Positions 24,169 through 31,698 of a stretch of 39,160 bases of DNA are shown piece after piece (position 1 is the first letter of the stretch; each line of letters starts with the position of its first letter). The notes beneath the pieces are model-generated. The model worked only from the letters and a program-made list of their open reading frames with translations. It ran no database searches and was not told the origin of the DNA. Source of the stretch: Minisyncoccota bacterium (lineage in GTDB: Bacteria > Patescibacteriota > Minisyncoccia > Phycocordibacterales > UBA918); NCBI GenBank assembly GCA_043742005.1, contig JAYTZG010000043.1, positions 1 to 39,160 on the forward strand, in the 5' to 3' direction. The position numbers were made by a program, and so were the translations under genes.

Positions 24169-25845
24169 ATGGTACGTCGAGTGTTTAACTTTATGTACAG
24201 AGAAGTACGCGGCCTGCACCAGGCCGCGTATATTCTTGCTCTCTTTGCGATTGGCTCGCAACTACTAGCTGTTGTTCGTGATCGACTCCTGGCACATCTC
24301 TTTGGAGCTGGAGCTGAACTCGATCTGTACTACGCCGCTTTTCGCATCCCTGACTTGATGTATGTATTGTTCGCCTCAGTACTTTCAGTCTATGTGCTGC
24401 TACCTTTTGTCAGTCGTTACACTGAAGAAGGGGGACCAAGTGCTGGAGCAAAAGTGATCTCTCAGGTCTTCACACTGTTTCTCATGTTTTACGCGGTGAT
24501 GTCTTTGGTCCTGATGGCGACAGCCAGTCTCTACGTACCGAAGTTATTCCCGGGCTTTGTTGATCAAGCTGGAACTCTCACTACCTTGATTCAGATACTG
24601 TTGTTCCAATCATTCTTGCTTGGTATCTCTAGTCTGTGTGGTGTGATTACACAGCTTACGCATCGCTTTGTACTGTATGCCATTAGTCCACTACTCTACA
24701 ACGTCGGTATCATCTTTGGTGTGGCGGTACTTTACCCATTCTACGGATTGTCTGGCTTGGTCGCAGGAGTAGTCCTTGGCGCACTTGGACACTTGCTGAT
24801 CCAGATACCATTTGTATTTAAAAGTGAATATCGCTTTGGTATTAACTTCACCTTTGACTGGGTTCTCATGCGGGAAGTATTGGCGGTTTCGATTCCTCGA
24901 GCACTCACACTGTCAATCAATCAAATTGTTCTTTTGGTCCTCATCGGTATGGCATCTTCAATGGCAGTCGGTTCGGTATCGGTGTTTCAGTTCGCCTACA
25001 ACCTACAGTCAGTACCGCTGGCCGTGATTGGTATGAGTTACTCAGTTGCTGCCTTTCCGACCCTGTCGACACTTTTGTCCAAGAACAAGCACAAAGAATT
25101 TAATCAACAACTCTTAACTGCGCTTAGGCACATTATTTTCTGGTCGGTCCCAATTGCGGCTCTGGTGATTGTTTTACGCGCACAGATTGTGCGGGTACTC
25201 CTTGGAAGTGGAGCCTTTGACTGGGGAGACACCCGACTCACTGCGGCGGCAATGGCGCTGTTTGTCATTTCTCTTATCGCACAAGCCGTACTACTGCTTC
25301 TTATTCGCGCCTTCTACGCCGGTGGACGAACCTTCACTCCATTATGGATATCAATCATATCTTCCGCCGTCTCTCTTGGTCTCGCATTCTTTTTGCGACA
25401 TTTGTATTTGGCTGACACAACGTTCCAAGCGAGTGTCGAACACCTATTTCGTCTTGAGGGAGTGGGCGGGACAGAAGTCCTTATGCTGACACTCGCCTTT
25501 GTGATTGGGCAGTTTGTGCAACTCATTATCATCATGACTACCTCGGCATACGCATTTTGTATCGACTACCGGCCGTTAATTCGTCTTTCGGCCGAAGCGC
25601 TACTAGCAGCACTCGCTGGAGGCTTCTCTGCCTACGCGGCCCTTTTGTTTGTCGTCGATGGTATCAATCAAGAGACCTTTATTGGTATTTCACTCCAGGG
25701 ATTAGTTGCCGGCATTATGGGAATGACAGCTATAATACTAGTGTACCGGGTGCTAAAGGCGCCAGAACTCTTCGAAATCTACCGTTCATTCCATTCCAAG
25801 ATATTCAAAACTGACGTAATCGCACCACAGCCCGACACAATCTAA
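24169..25845 (+). CDS. murJ: Lipid II flippase MurJ (MviN family)
   Basis: SQLLAVVRDRLLAHLFGAGAELDLYYAAFRIPDLMYVLF at the N-terminus plus a 14-TM-type hydrophobic profile over 558 aa. Confidence 0.85.
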   Translation: MVRRVFNFMYREVRGLHQAAYILALFAIGSQLLAVVRDRLLAHLFGAGAELDLYYAAFRIPDLMYVLFASVLSVYVLLPFVSRYTEEGGPSAGAKVISQVFTLFLMFYAVMSLVLMATASLYVPKLFPGFVDQAGTLTTLIQILLFQSFLLGISSLCGVITQLTHRFVLYAISPLLYNVGIIFGVAVLYPFYGLSGLVAGVVLGALGHLLIQIPFVFKSEYRFGINFTFDWVLMREVLAVSIPRALTLSINQIVLLVLIGMASSMAVGSVSVFQFAYNLQSVPLAVIGMSYSVAAFPTLSTLLSKNKHKEFNQQLLTALRHIIFWSVPIAALVIVLRAQIVRVLLGSGAFDWGDTRLTAAAMALFVISLIAQAVLLLLIRAFYAGGRTFTPLWISIISSAVSLGLAFFLRHLYLADTTFQASVEHLFRLEGVGGTEVLMLTLAFVIGQFVQLIIIMTTSAYAFCIDYRPLIRLSAEALLAALAGGFSAYAALLFVVDGINQETFIGISLQGLVAGIMGMTAIILVYRVLKAPELFEIYRSFHSKIFKTDVIAPQPDTI

Positions 25846-26020
25846 ATGTGCGGACAAAAGCCTCCTATACTGCGTTACCTTTCACTCGAAAAAGCTCACC
25901 GTACAATAAGTACGGCTCGCATTTTCTCGCTCAGGTGCCTTGTCTAGAAGTCTTTTGTACACACATTACATACTAGAGTTTGGTGATTTAGGTAATTTTA
26001 GGTACAGTAAGACCACTTAT

Positions 26021-27805
26021 ATGAAGCATATCCGTAATTTTAGTATTATCGCCCACATCGACCATGGTAAGTCGACGTTGGCTGATCGTATGCTTGAAGT
26101 AACTAAGACAGTGGAGCAGCGCAAAATGAAAGCGCAGGTGCTTGATTCGATGGACCTGGAGCGTGAGCGGGGTATTACCATCAAGATGCAGCCGGTGCGG
26201 ATGCATTACCAGCATGGCAGTGTGGCATTTGAACTCAACCTCATCGATACTCCCGGTCACATCGATTTTTCCTACGAAGTGTCACGTGCTCTCAAGGCCG
26301 TCGAAGGCGTTCTTCTACTGGTCGATAGTACCCAAGGAGTGCAGGCACAGACTCTCACCACTCTCCAAATGGCTAAGGACCAAAACCTCACCATCATTCC
26401 TCTCCTAACCAAGACCGACGTACCACACGCGCGGATTGAAGATGTTGGAAATGAAGTTATCAATCTTCTTGGTTGTTCACGAGAAGACATTCTGTTGGTG
26501 TCAGGCAAAACCGGCGATGGCGTGTCAGCTCTCCTTGAAGCTATTTGCGAGCGTATTCCACCACCAAAAGAAACGACCGAAACTACCTATCGGGGACTGA
26601 TTTTTGATTTTCAATACTCCAACCACCGCGGCATCATAGTCTTTATGCGCGTTATCGACGGGACAGTAAAGAAGGGAGATGTCTTAAAATTCGCTGCGAG
26701 TAAAAAAACCTTCACCGCCCTTGAAGTAGGAGTCGTGACTCCAGAAGAGTCTCCTCAAGCCGAACTAACCGCTGGTCAAATCGGCTACATCGTGACCGGT
26801 ATCAAGGAACCAGGAGTGGCGTACGTGGGGGACACTCTGTTGCCGGAACGTGGAGCGGCTGAGGCGTTACCTGACTTCCAGCTAGCGCGACCAGTCGTCT
26901 GGTCTTCTATCTTTCCTGAAAACCAAGATGAATTCACTCAGCTCCGCCAAGCTCTCGACCGGCTTCGACTTTCCGACTCATCACTTTCCTTTGAAGAAGA
27001 ATCTTCCGGGGTCCTAGGCCGTGGTTTTCGTTGTGGATTCTTAGGGATGCTCCACATGGAAATCATCACTGAGCGTCTAAGGCGCGAATTTGATATTGAT
27101 ATTATCATTACCTCTCCATCAATTTCGTACGAGGTAACTTGGCCTGATGGGCGAGTGGAGAATATCTACGCCGCTAATCGCTTTCCTGACCATGGCGACA
27201 AAGTGACTGTACGAGAACCATGGATTCTTGGACAGATTATTCTCCCGGGAGACTATATGGGTAACGTACTGACGCTTCTATATGACCACGAGGCTAGTGT
27301 AATTGACACAGAGCTGTTTGGGGACGGCAGAACACTCTTGGCGGTTGAGATGCCCTTACGGGAGCTTATGCGGGGTTTCTTTGATAAGCTCAAAAACGCC
27401 AGTAGCGGATATGCGTCCCTGTCATATGAAATTGCTGAAATGCGTGCGGCCACAGTCACTCGATTGGATATTTTAATTGCGGAAGAACTCGTTCCCGCTT
27501 TTTCTCGCGTGGTAGGAATGGCACGTGCCGAGACAGAAGCCAAAGGAATTGTTGAAAAACTCTATACCGCTCTTCCACGTCAGCAGTTTGCAGTAAAGAT
27601 TCAAGCCAAAGTAATGGGTCATCTGACGGCTACGAAGAAACTTTCACCAGTCGGTAAAGACGTGACCGCCCACCTCTATGGTGGAGACATCACTCGTAAA
27701 ATGAAACTTCGCGATAAACAAAAGAAAGGCAAGGCCAAAGCTCTAGAACGCGGTAAGGTTCATATCCCTCAGGATGTCTTCATGAAAATGATCAAGGCTG
27801 ACTAA
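26021..27805 (+). CDS. lepA: Translation elongation factor 4 (LepA)
   Basis: IRNFSIIAHIDHGKSTLADRMLE, DLERERGITIK, LIDTPGHIDF and a LepA-specific C-terminal region (…HLYGGDITRKMKLRDKQKKGK). The ATG at 26021 is preferred over the track's upstream start. Confidence 0.95.
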   Translation: MKHIRNFSIIAHIDHGKSTLADRMLEVTKTVEQRKMKAQVLDSMDLERERGITIKMQPVRMHYQHGSVAFELNLIDTPGHIDFSYEVSRALKAVEGVLLLVDSTQGVQAQTLTTLQMAKDQNLTIIPLLTKTDVPHARIEDVGNEVINLLGCSREDILLVSGKTGDGVSALLEAICERIPPPKETTETTYRGLIFDFQYSNHRGIIVFMRVIDGTVKKGDVLKFAASKKTFTALEVGVVTPEESPQAELTAGQIGYIVTGIKEPGVAYVGDTLLPERGAAEALPDFQLARPVVWSSIFPENQDEFTQLRQALDRLRLSDSSLSFEEESSGVLGRGFRCGFLGMLHMEIITERLRREFDIDIIITSPSISYEVTWPDGRVENIYAANRFPDHGDKVTVREPWILGQIILPGDYMGNVLTLLYDHEASVIDTELFGDGRTLLAVEMPLRELMRGFFDKLKNASSGYASLSYEIAEMRAATVTRLDILIAEELVPAFSRVVGMARAETEAKGIVEKLYTALPRQQFAVKIQAKVMGHLTATKKLSPVGKDVTAHLYGGDITRKMKLRDKQKKGKAKALERGKVHIPQDVFMKMIKAD

Positions 27806-27825
27806 AATTTGCTGTTTATAAGAAA

Positions 27826-27850
27826 GGGCGGTTCGCAATGCGAACCGCCC
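27826..27850. terminator. GC-rich hairpin after lepA (no T-tract on + strand; CTTTCTT on - strand)
   Basis: GGGCGGTTCGC-aat-GCGAACCGCCC. Confidence 0.5.
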
Positions 27851-28138
27851 TGAGTACCTCTGCTTCACTCGTTATGCTAGCGTTTGGGACGCCCTTCCTC
27901 GAGTATCCTTGACTCTCTCATTCACGATGACGGCTGGAAAACGTCTGACATGAATTAGGTGTAAGCCAAAGCAGCATTTGTTCTAGCCGCGACTGTGGCG
28001 CGAGCACGCACACTGTATGGTGTAGGATTCAGGGGCCATACAGTGAGTTTACCCTTCGTGCGTCAGGCAAGGAGGTCCCCCTTAGTGAACCTGTCCACGG
28101 TCTATATTGCCAGAACGTGAACGAATGTCAATTTTGTC

Positions 28139-28261
28139 TTAAGAGAATAACGCTGGACCACCAGAGTAGGCAAAAATCATGCTGATGACGATAAGTACAG
28201 CAATCACTGCCCAAATCCACTTGATAGTCTTCTTGGTTCGTTCGTGAAATAAAAAACTCAT
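28139..28261 (-). CDS. Candidate 40-aa single-TM small protein
   Basis: My own translation is MSFLFHERTKKTIKWIWAVIAVLIVISMIFAYSGGPALFS. It falls below the ORF-track size cut-off and has no obvious SD. Confidence 0.3.
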   Translation of the reverse strand: MSFLFHERTKKTIKWIWAVIAVLIVISMIFAYSGGPALFS

Positions 28262-28323
28262 GTGGCCTATTTTACCTGAATTATGGGATTATTTAAATAG
28301 CAAAACGTTGTATACTAGGGCGA

Positions 28324-28704
28324 ATGTTTGATTTTTACCAACGTCGTAAGTTCAAGACCATACTTAGCTCTAAGGTCACAAGGGTGTTTTTGGTCGTACT
28401 GGTCCTCCTGATGGGCTATAGCGCCTATAAACGCTACTCTATAGCTAAAGACATGGAAAGAAGGCGACATGAGGTAGAGTCCGACGTGGTACGTCTACAG
28501 GGCCAAAAAGAGGTCCTGGAGAAGCAAGTTCGGTATCTCTCCGACGATCGTGGAATTGAAGCTGAAATGCGTCGACAATTTGATGTGGCACTGGATAATG
28601 AGCAGGTGGTGGTAATAGTGGAGCCAGAGAAAGATGAAATAAAAACAAGTTCAAGTACGTATGAAACCACAGAAGAACCAGCTTGGTATGAGTTTTGGCG
28701 CTAA
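28324..28704 (+). CDS. Septum formation initiator (FtsB/DivIC-like)
   Basis: A short cytoplasmic N-terminus and one TM helix precede a coiled coil (RRRHEVESDVVRLQGQKEVLEKQVRYL). This is followed by IEAEMRRQFDVALDNEQVVVI, typical of DivIC/FtsB. Confidence 0.65.
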   Translation: MFDFYQRRKFKTILSSKVTRVFLVVLVLLMGYSAYKRYSIAKDMERRRHEVESDVVRLQGQKEVLEKQVRYLSDDRGIEAEMRRQFDVALDNEQVVVIVEPEKDEIKTSSSTYETTEEPAWYEFWR

Positions 28705-28745
28705 GTTTGCTATACTAGAACCACTTTTAATGTAATTAATATAAT

Positions 28746-28979
28746 ATGAACACCGTTACAATTTACAGCACCCCAGTTTGCCACTTCTGCCATGCCGCGA
28801 AGGATTTTTTTAAGGAAAACAATGTAGATTATATTGAGCATGACGTGGCCGCTGACCTAGAGAAGCGCACTGAAATGATCGATATGACTGGTCAAATGGG
28901 AGTACCAGTCATCCGTATCAACGACGACGTCATCATCGGCTTCGACGAACCAAAGTTGAAGGAATTGTTGGGACTATAA
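28746..28979 (+). CDS. Glutaredoxin-like (NrdH/YruB-type) thiol-disulfide oxidoreductase
   Basis: VTIYSTPVCHFCHAAKDFF (a CxxC active site) and GVPVIRIND..IIGF on a thioredoxin fold, 77 aa. Confidence 0.85.
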   Translation: MNTVTIYSTPVCHFCHAAKDFFKENNVDYIEHDVAADLEKRTEMIDMTGQMGVPVIRINDDVIIGFDEPKLKELLGL

Positions 28980-28982
28980 ACC

Positions 28983-29017
28983 AAAAAACCGCCGGACTAA
29001 AGTCCGGCGTTTTTTTA
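28983..29017. terminator. Bidirectional intrinsic terminator
   Basis: aaaaaaCCGCCGGACTaaAGTCCGGCGttttttt. Confidence 0.85.
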
Positions 29018-29076
29018 ATGGTGCCCCAGACCGAGACAGTCACCGAAGGGGGTGACGCAAGGCCTGAGACTATATT

Positions 29077-29151
29077 TGGTGCCTTCAGCAGGAATCGAAC
29101 CCACATCTCTTCCTTAGGACGGAATAGCTCTATCCATTGAGCTATGAAGGC
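29077..29151 (-). tRNA. tRNA-Arg(CCU), CCA encoded
   Basis: Manual fold of the reverse complement: gccttca ta gctc aatggata gagc t attcc gtCCTaa ggaag agat gtggg ttcgatt cctgc tgaaggc a cca. Confidence 0.85.
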
Positions 29152-29185
29152 AATATATTTGTTTGTGTCGATAGGGTAGCAGAAA

Positions 29186-29494
29186 ATGGAGCTGGTGGGT
29201 AGTATAATAAACTCTATGACACCAAATACTGAGCATTCTGAACTGAAAGGGCTGATTCTGGAGAATCAGCGACTATTGGCTGAAAATAACGAACTGCTGA
29301 AGAAAATGCACAGAAGCACAGTTAGGCACTTTTGGCTTAATGTTATTTGGATAGTATTTCTTCTTGGTGCGCCGCTTATACTTCTGTACCAATTTGTCAT
29401 GCCAAAGTATGAATCACTTGGTGGCACCGACACACCAGCTCTTGGAGGGCAACTCAAAGATCTAAACGAGCTAAGAGGTTTCTTGCAAAAATAA
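29186..29494 (+). CDS. Hypothetical small membrane protein with an N-terminal coiled coil
   Basis: 102-aa ORF with LILENQRLLAENNELLKKM followed by one TM helix. The start is uncertain (alternative at 29216). Confidence 0.5.
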   Translation: MELVGSIINSMTPNTEHSELKGLILENQRLLAENNELLKKMHRSTVRHFWLNVIWIVFLLGAPLILLYQFVMPKYESLGGTDTPALGGQLKDLNELRGFLQK

Positions 29495-29578
29495 CGATAA
29501 TTTATCCCGTACAAAGACCGTTGATATTCTCCTAAAAACAGGTACAATAGCCGGCATTGATCAACGAAATCAATACTT

Positions 29579-29651
29579 GCTTGGGTAGCTCAGTTGGTAG
29601 AGCACTCCCCTGAAGAGGGAGGGGTCAGCAGTTCGAGCCTGCTCCCAAGCA
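29579..29651 (+). tRNA. tRNA-Phe(GAA), CCA not encoded
   Basis: Manual fold: gcttggg ta gctc agttggta gagc a ctccc ctGAAga gggag gggtc agcag ttcgagc ctgct cccaagc a. All stems are Watson-Crick paired. Confidence 0.9.
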
Positions 29652-29658
29652 CAGAAAC

Positions 29659-29689
29659 AAAATAGCCCCGCAACAGCGGGGCATATTTT
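29659..29689. terminator. Intrinsic terminator just after tRNA-Phe, nested in a longer inverted repeat
   Basis: aaaataGCCCCGCaacaGCGGGGCatatttt. The outer arms 29644-29664 and 29683-29702 also pair. Confidence 0.7.
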
Positions 29690-29694
29690 GTCTG

Positions 29695-29740
29695 TGCTTG
29701 GGAAGAAAGACGCCTGCGCGTCTTTCGGGCAGGCTCGAAC
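29695..29740 (-). repeat. Inverted partial copy of the tRNA-Phe 3' region, split by a 25-nt hairpin
   Basis: tgcttggga + [agaaagacgcctgcgcgtctttcgg] + gcaggctcgaac. The flanking halves are the reverse complement of gttcgagcctgctcccaagca (29631-29651). The insert folds as gaaagacgc-ctgc-gcgtctttc. Confidence 0.7.
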
Positions 29741-29971
29741 GCCGGAGCGATGTATTTTGCTCTTTCCTAGAGCAAAATACGAGTGAGGTGAGAAAGCGTA
29801 GGGCGCTTTCACCACAAGAGTACTTATTGTTTTGTAAACAAAACAATGTCGCGCAAGACCTTTTGAGAAACCTAGTTTTCCAAAAGGTAGACAGCTTCTG
29901 TAAGAAGTGTCCCGCGGCACCAATTATTTTATGAACATAGTGAGATAAAATAATTTTGGTGACCGTCAGGA

Positions 29972-29991
29972 CGAGCCTGCTCCCAAGCACA
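29972..29991 (+). repeat. Exact 20-nt direct repeat of the tRNA-Phe 3' end (att-like)
   Basis: cgagcctgctcccaagcaca is identical to 29634-29653. A terminator follows it immediately. Confidence 0.85.
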
Positions 29992-29997
29992 TATGGC

Positions 29998-30035
29998 CGC
30001 CCCAGACACGTGAGTGTCTGGGGTGTTGCTTTTTG
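29998..30035 (+). terminator. Intrinsic terminator after the distal tRNA-Phe repeat
   Basis: CCCCAGACACgtgaGTGTCTGGGGtgttgcttttt. Confidence 0.8.
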
Positions 30036-30050
30036 TTATAATGTCAACCT

Positions 30051-30365
30051 ATGACCCAACTACAAGAACTTACAGAAAAGGCGAAAACTATCATGACTAT
30101 GTACGGGGAGGAATTCCCAGAGGTACAAGTGGACCGTGATTACTATCCGTTTAAAATATCGGAAGAGTGGGGTGAGTGCATGCAGGCGTACCTTATGTAC
30201 ACCGACCGCGGCCGACAGAAAGGGAAGACCAAGGAAGAAATCAGAGAACTGTTTGAAGCTGAAATTGGCGATGTCTTCGGCTTCCTTCTATTGTTCGCAG
30301 AACGTGAAGGAGTCGATATTGAGCAGGCCCTTGAAAAGAAATGGTTTAAACGATTACCACAATAA
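30051..30365 (+). CDS. MazG-like all-alpha nucleotide pyrophosphohydrolase
   Basis: 104 aa with KISEEWGECMQA and EAEIGDVFGFLLLFAEREGVDIEQALEKKW (the paired EXXE/EXXD metal-binding helices of the MazG family). Confidence 0.7.
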   Translation: MTQLQELTEKAKTIMTMYGEEFPEVQVDRDYYPFKISEEWGECMQAYLMYTDRGRQKGKTKEEIRELFEAEIGDVFGFLLLFAEREGVDIEQALEKKWFKRLPQ

Positions 30366-30368
30366 ATA

Positions 30369-30400
30369 GAAAAAGACCGGTGCGGTGCACCGGTCTTTTT
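30369..30400. terminator. Bidirectional intrinsic terminator
   Basis: aaaaaGACCGGTGCggtGCACCGGTCttttt, between convergent genes. Confidence 0.85.
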
Positions 30401-30922
30401 CTATTTATGAATGACGTTTGATTTGACTCTAAGTTGAGTAGAGCGGTGTTTGTCGAGTTTTGGTAGTTTAATCTCCAGCATTCCGTGTTTCTCCTGAGCC
30501 TCGGCTTCGTCGATAGCGACTTCTTCAGGGAGAACTAGAGTACGAGAGAAGCTTCCCCAGAATAGCTCACGGTGAAAGTAGCCGTCGTCGTGTGCCTCTT
30601 GGAACTCTTCGCGAACTCCACGCAAAGTCACCATGTCGCGAGTGATAGATATTTCTAGGTCGTTAGGGCTGACACCAGCGACTAGAGCACGAATAACGAT
30701 TGCATCCTCGGTCTGGTACATATCAACTGGCAGTTCACCGTCTTGAGCGCTGCCCGCACCGCCACCTTGCTCCCATTCGCCGTCTTCTTCCTCTTCTTGA
30801 TACGTGTCTTGCACAGCTAATTCGTCATCCTGACCGAATTGATGGTTTTCGTCGAGAATACGATCGTAGTCGTCGCCGTGTCCGCCGCCGGTGAGTCTAT
30901 CGAGAAATGATGGTTTTTTCAT
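30401..30922 (-). CDS. Hsp20/alpha-crystallin small heat-shock protein
   Basis: The alpha-crystallin domain is PVDMYQTEDAIVIRALVAGVSPNDLEISITRDMVTLRG....GSFSRTLVLPEEV..DEAEAQEKHGMLEIKLPK. An acidic N-terminal extension precedes it. Confidence 0.9.
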   Translation of the reverse strand: MKKPSFLDRLTGGGHGDDYDRILDENHQFGQDDELAVQDTYQEEEEDGEWEQGGGAGSAQDGELPVDMYQTEDAIVIRALVAGVSPNDLEISITRDMVTLRGVREEFQEAHDDGYFHRELFWGSFSRTLVLPEEVAIDEAEAQEKHGMLEIKLPKLDKHRSTQLRVKSNVIHK

Positions 30923-31626
30923 AGTGATGTAAAAGATTGAGGATTATGGGCGAGTTCAAGTTGCTTGACCTTCTCAAATAGAAGAAAGAGCACGATTACT
31001 CCCATCCAGACAAAAAGGAAAACTCCGAGGATGGTTTCTCCGCTTGCATCCATTATAAAAAAGTTAAACAATGCATGCAATACAATAGCAACGAACAACC
31101 CAAAGGTGCCGGCGGTCAACATCGTGAGTTTTGACCGATAATAGGTGAGAGCCAAGAACATTCCGACGGTCCCAGAGGCTAGAGTGTGAAGCAATGTGGC
31201 ACCCAGGAAGCGGAAACTACCAGTGAGAGCCGAGTTTACAAAGTCGCCAGCGGCCAGTGGATTAAAGATAAATAAAGCGTTTTCTAACGCTGCAAAGCCA
31301 AGGGCGATGGTAATCATATAGATAACCATGTCGATTGGTTCGTCGACTTCCTTGTTCCAAAAAATAAGTATTAGGGCAGCGGTGTATTTGAGTAGTTCCT
31401 CGATGATGACCCAGACGAGAATGACGTTGGTACCAGTGTAGAGGTTGATCGCCATTTTCTGGAGTGGTAAGGCGAGCGGTACGACTGCCATACCAGCGAT
31501 AAAGGCAATGGCAATTAGGAGATATGGCTCGGGATGAGTGTTGTCCTCACGCAGCCAAAACCACAACCAAAAGAAAGCTGGGATCAGTCCAGACAGGAAG
31601 GCTATAGCAAAGTAGGTCGATAACAT
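30919..31626 (-). CDS. prsW: PrsW-family intramembrane metalloprotease
   Basis: A multi-TM protein with IIEELLKY, the AALENALF region and HALFNF motifs characteristic of PrsW. Its stop overlaps the hsp20 start by 4 nt. Confidence 0.8.
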   Translation of the reverse strand: MLSTYFAIAFLSGLIPAFFWLWFWLREDNTHPEPYLLIAIAFIAGMAVVPLALPLQKMAINLYTGTNVILVWVIIEELLKYTAALILIFWNKEVDEPIDMVIYMITIALGFAALENALFIFNPLAAGDFVNSALTGSFRFLGATLLHTLASGTVGMFLALTYYRSKLTMLTAGTFGLFVAIVLHALFNFFIMDASGETILGVFLFVWMGVIVLFLLFEKVKQLELAHNPQSFTSL

Positions 31627-31639
31627 TTAGCTCTATTGT

Positions 31640-31680
31640 AGCAAACCGCAGTGCGCCCTATGGGAGCACTGCGGTTTCAA
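31640..31680 (-). terminator. Terminator-like hairpin between valS and prsW
   Basis: AAACCGCAGTGC...GCACTGCGGTTT (12-bp stem), followed by a short T-run on the minus strand. Confidence 0.45.
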
Positions 31681-31698
31681 AGGGGGATTGTCGCAAGT

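Noticed and set aside
28066-28085. Similarity between caaggagg-tcccccttag here and caaggagg[actaacg]tcctccctttag at 291-318
   Set aside because: The match is only ~8+8 nt with an indel and could be chance. It was not used to link the two regions.
29019-29076. Possible displaced 3' copy of tRNA-Arg (tggtgcc at 29019-29025 vs 29077-29083) just before the terminator, which would make the att-like pattern hold for all four tRNAs
   Set aside because: Only 7-8 nt match without gaps, which is too short to separate from chance. The spacer does contain a hairpin (gtcacc-gaagg-gggtgac), but I cannot support a repeat call.
29570-29990. Three ORFs (117 aa and 121 aa on the minus strand, 78 aa on the plus strand)
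   Set aside because: They overlap tRNA-Phe, the inverted tRNA fragment and the hairpins of the 318-bp insert. Their products are Cys/Arg/Leu-rich nonsense-like sequences.
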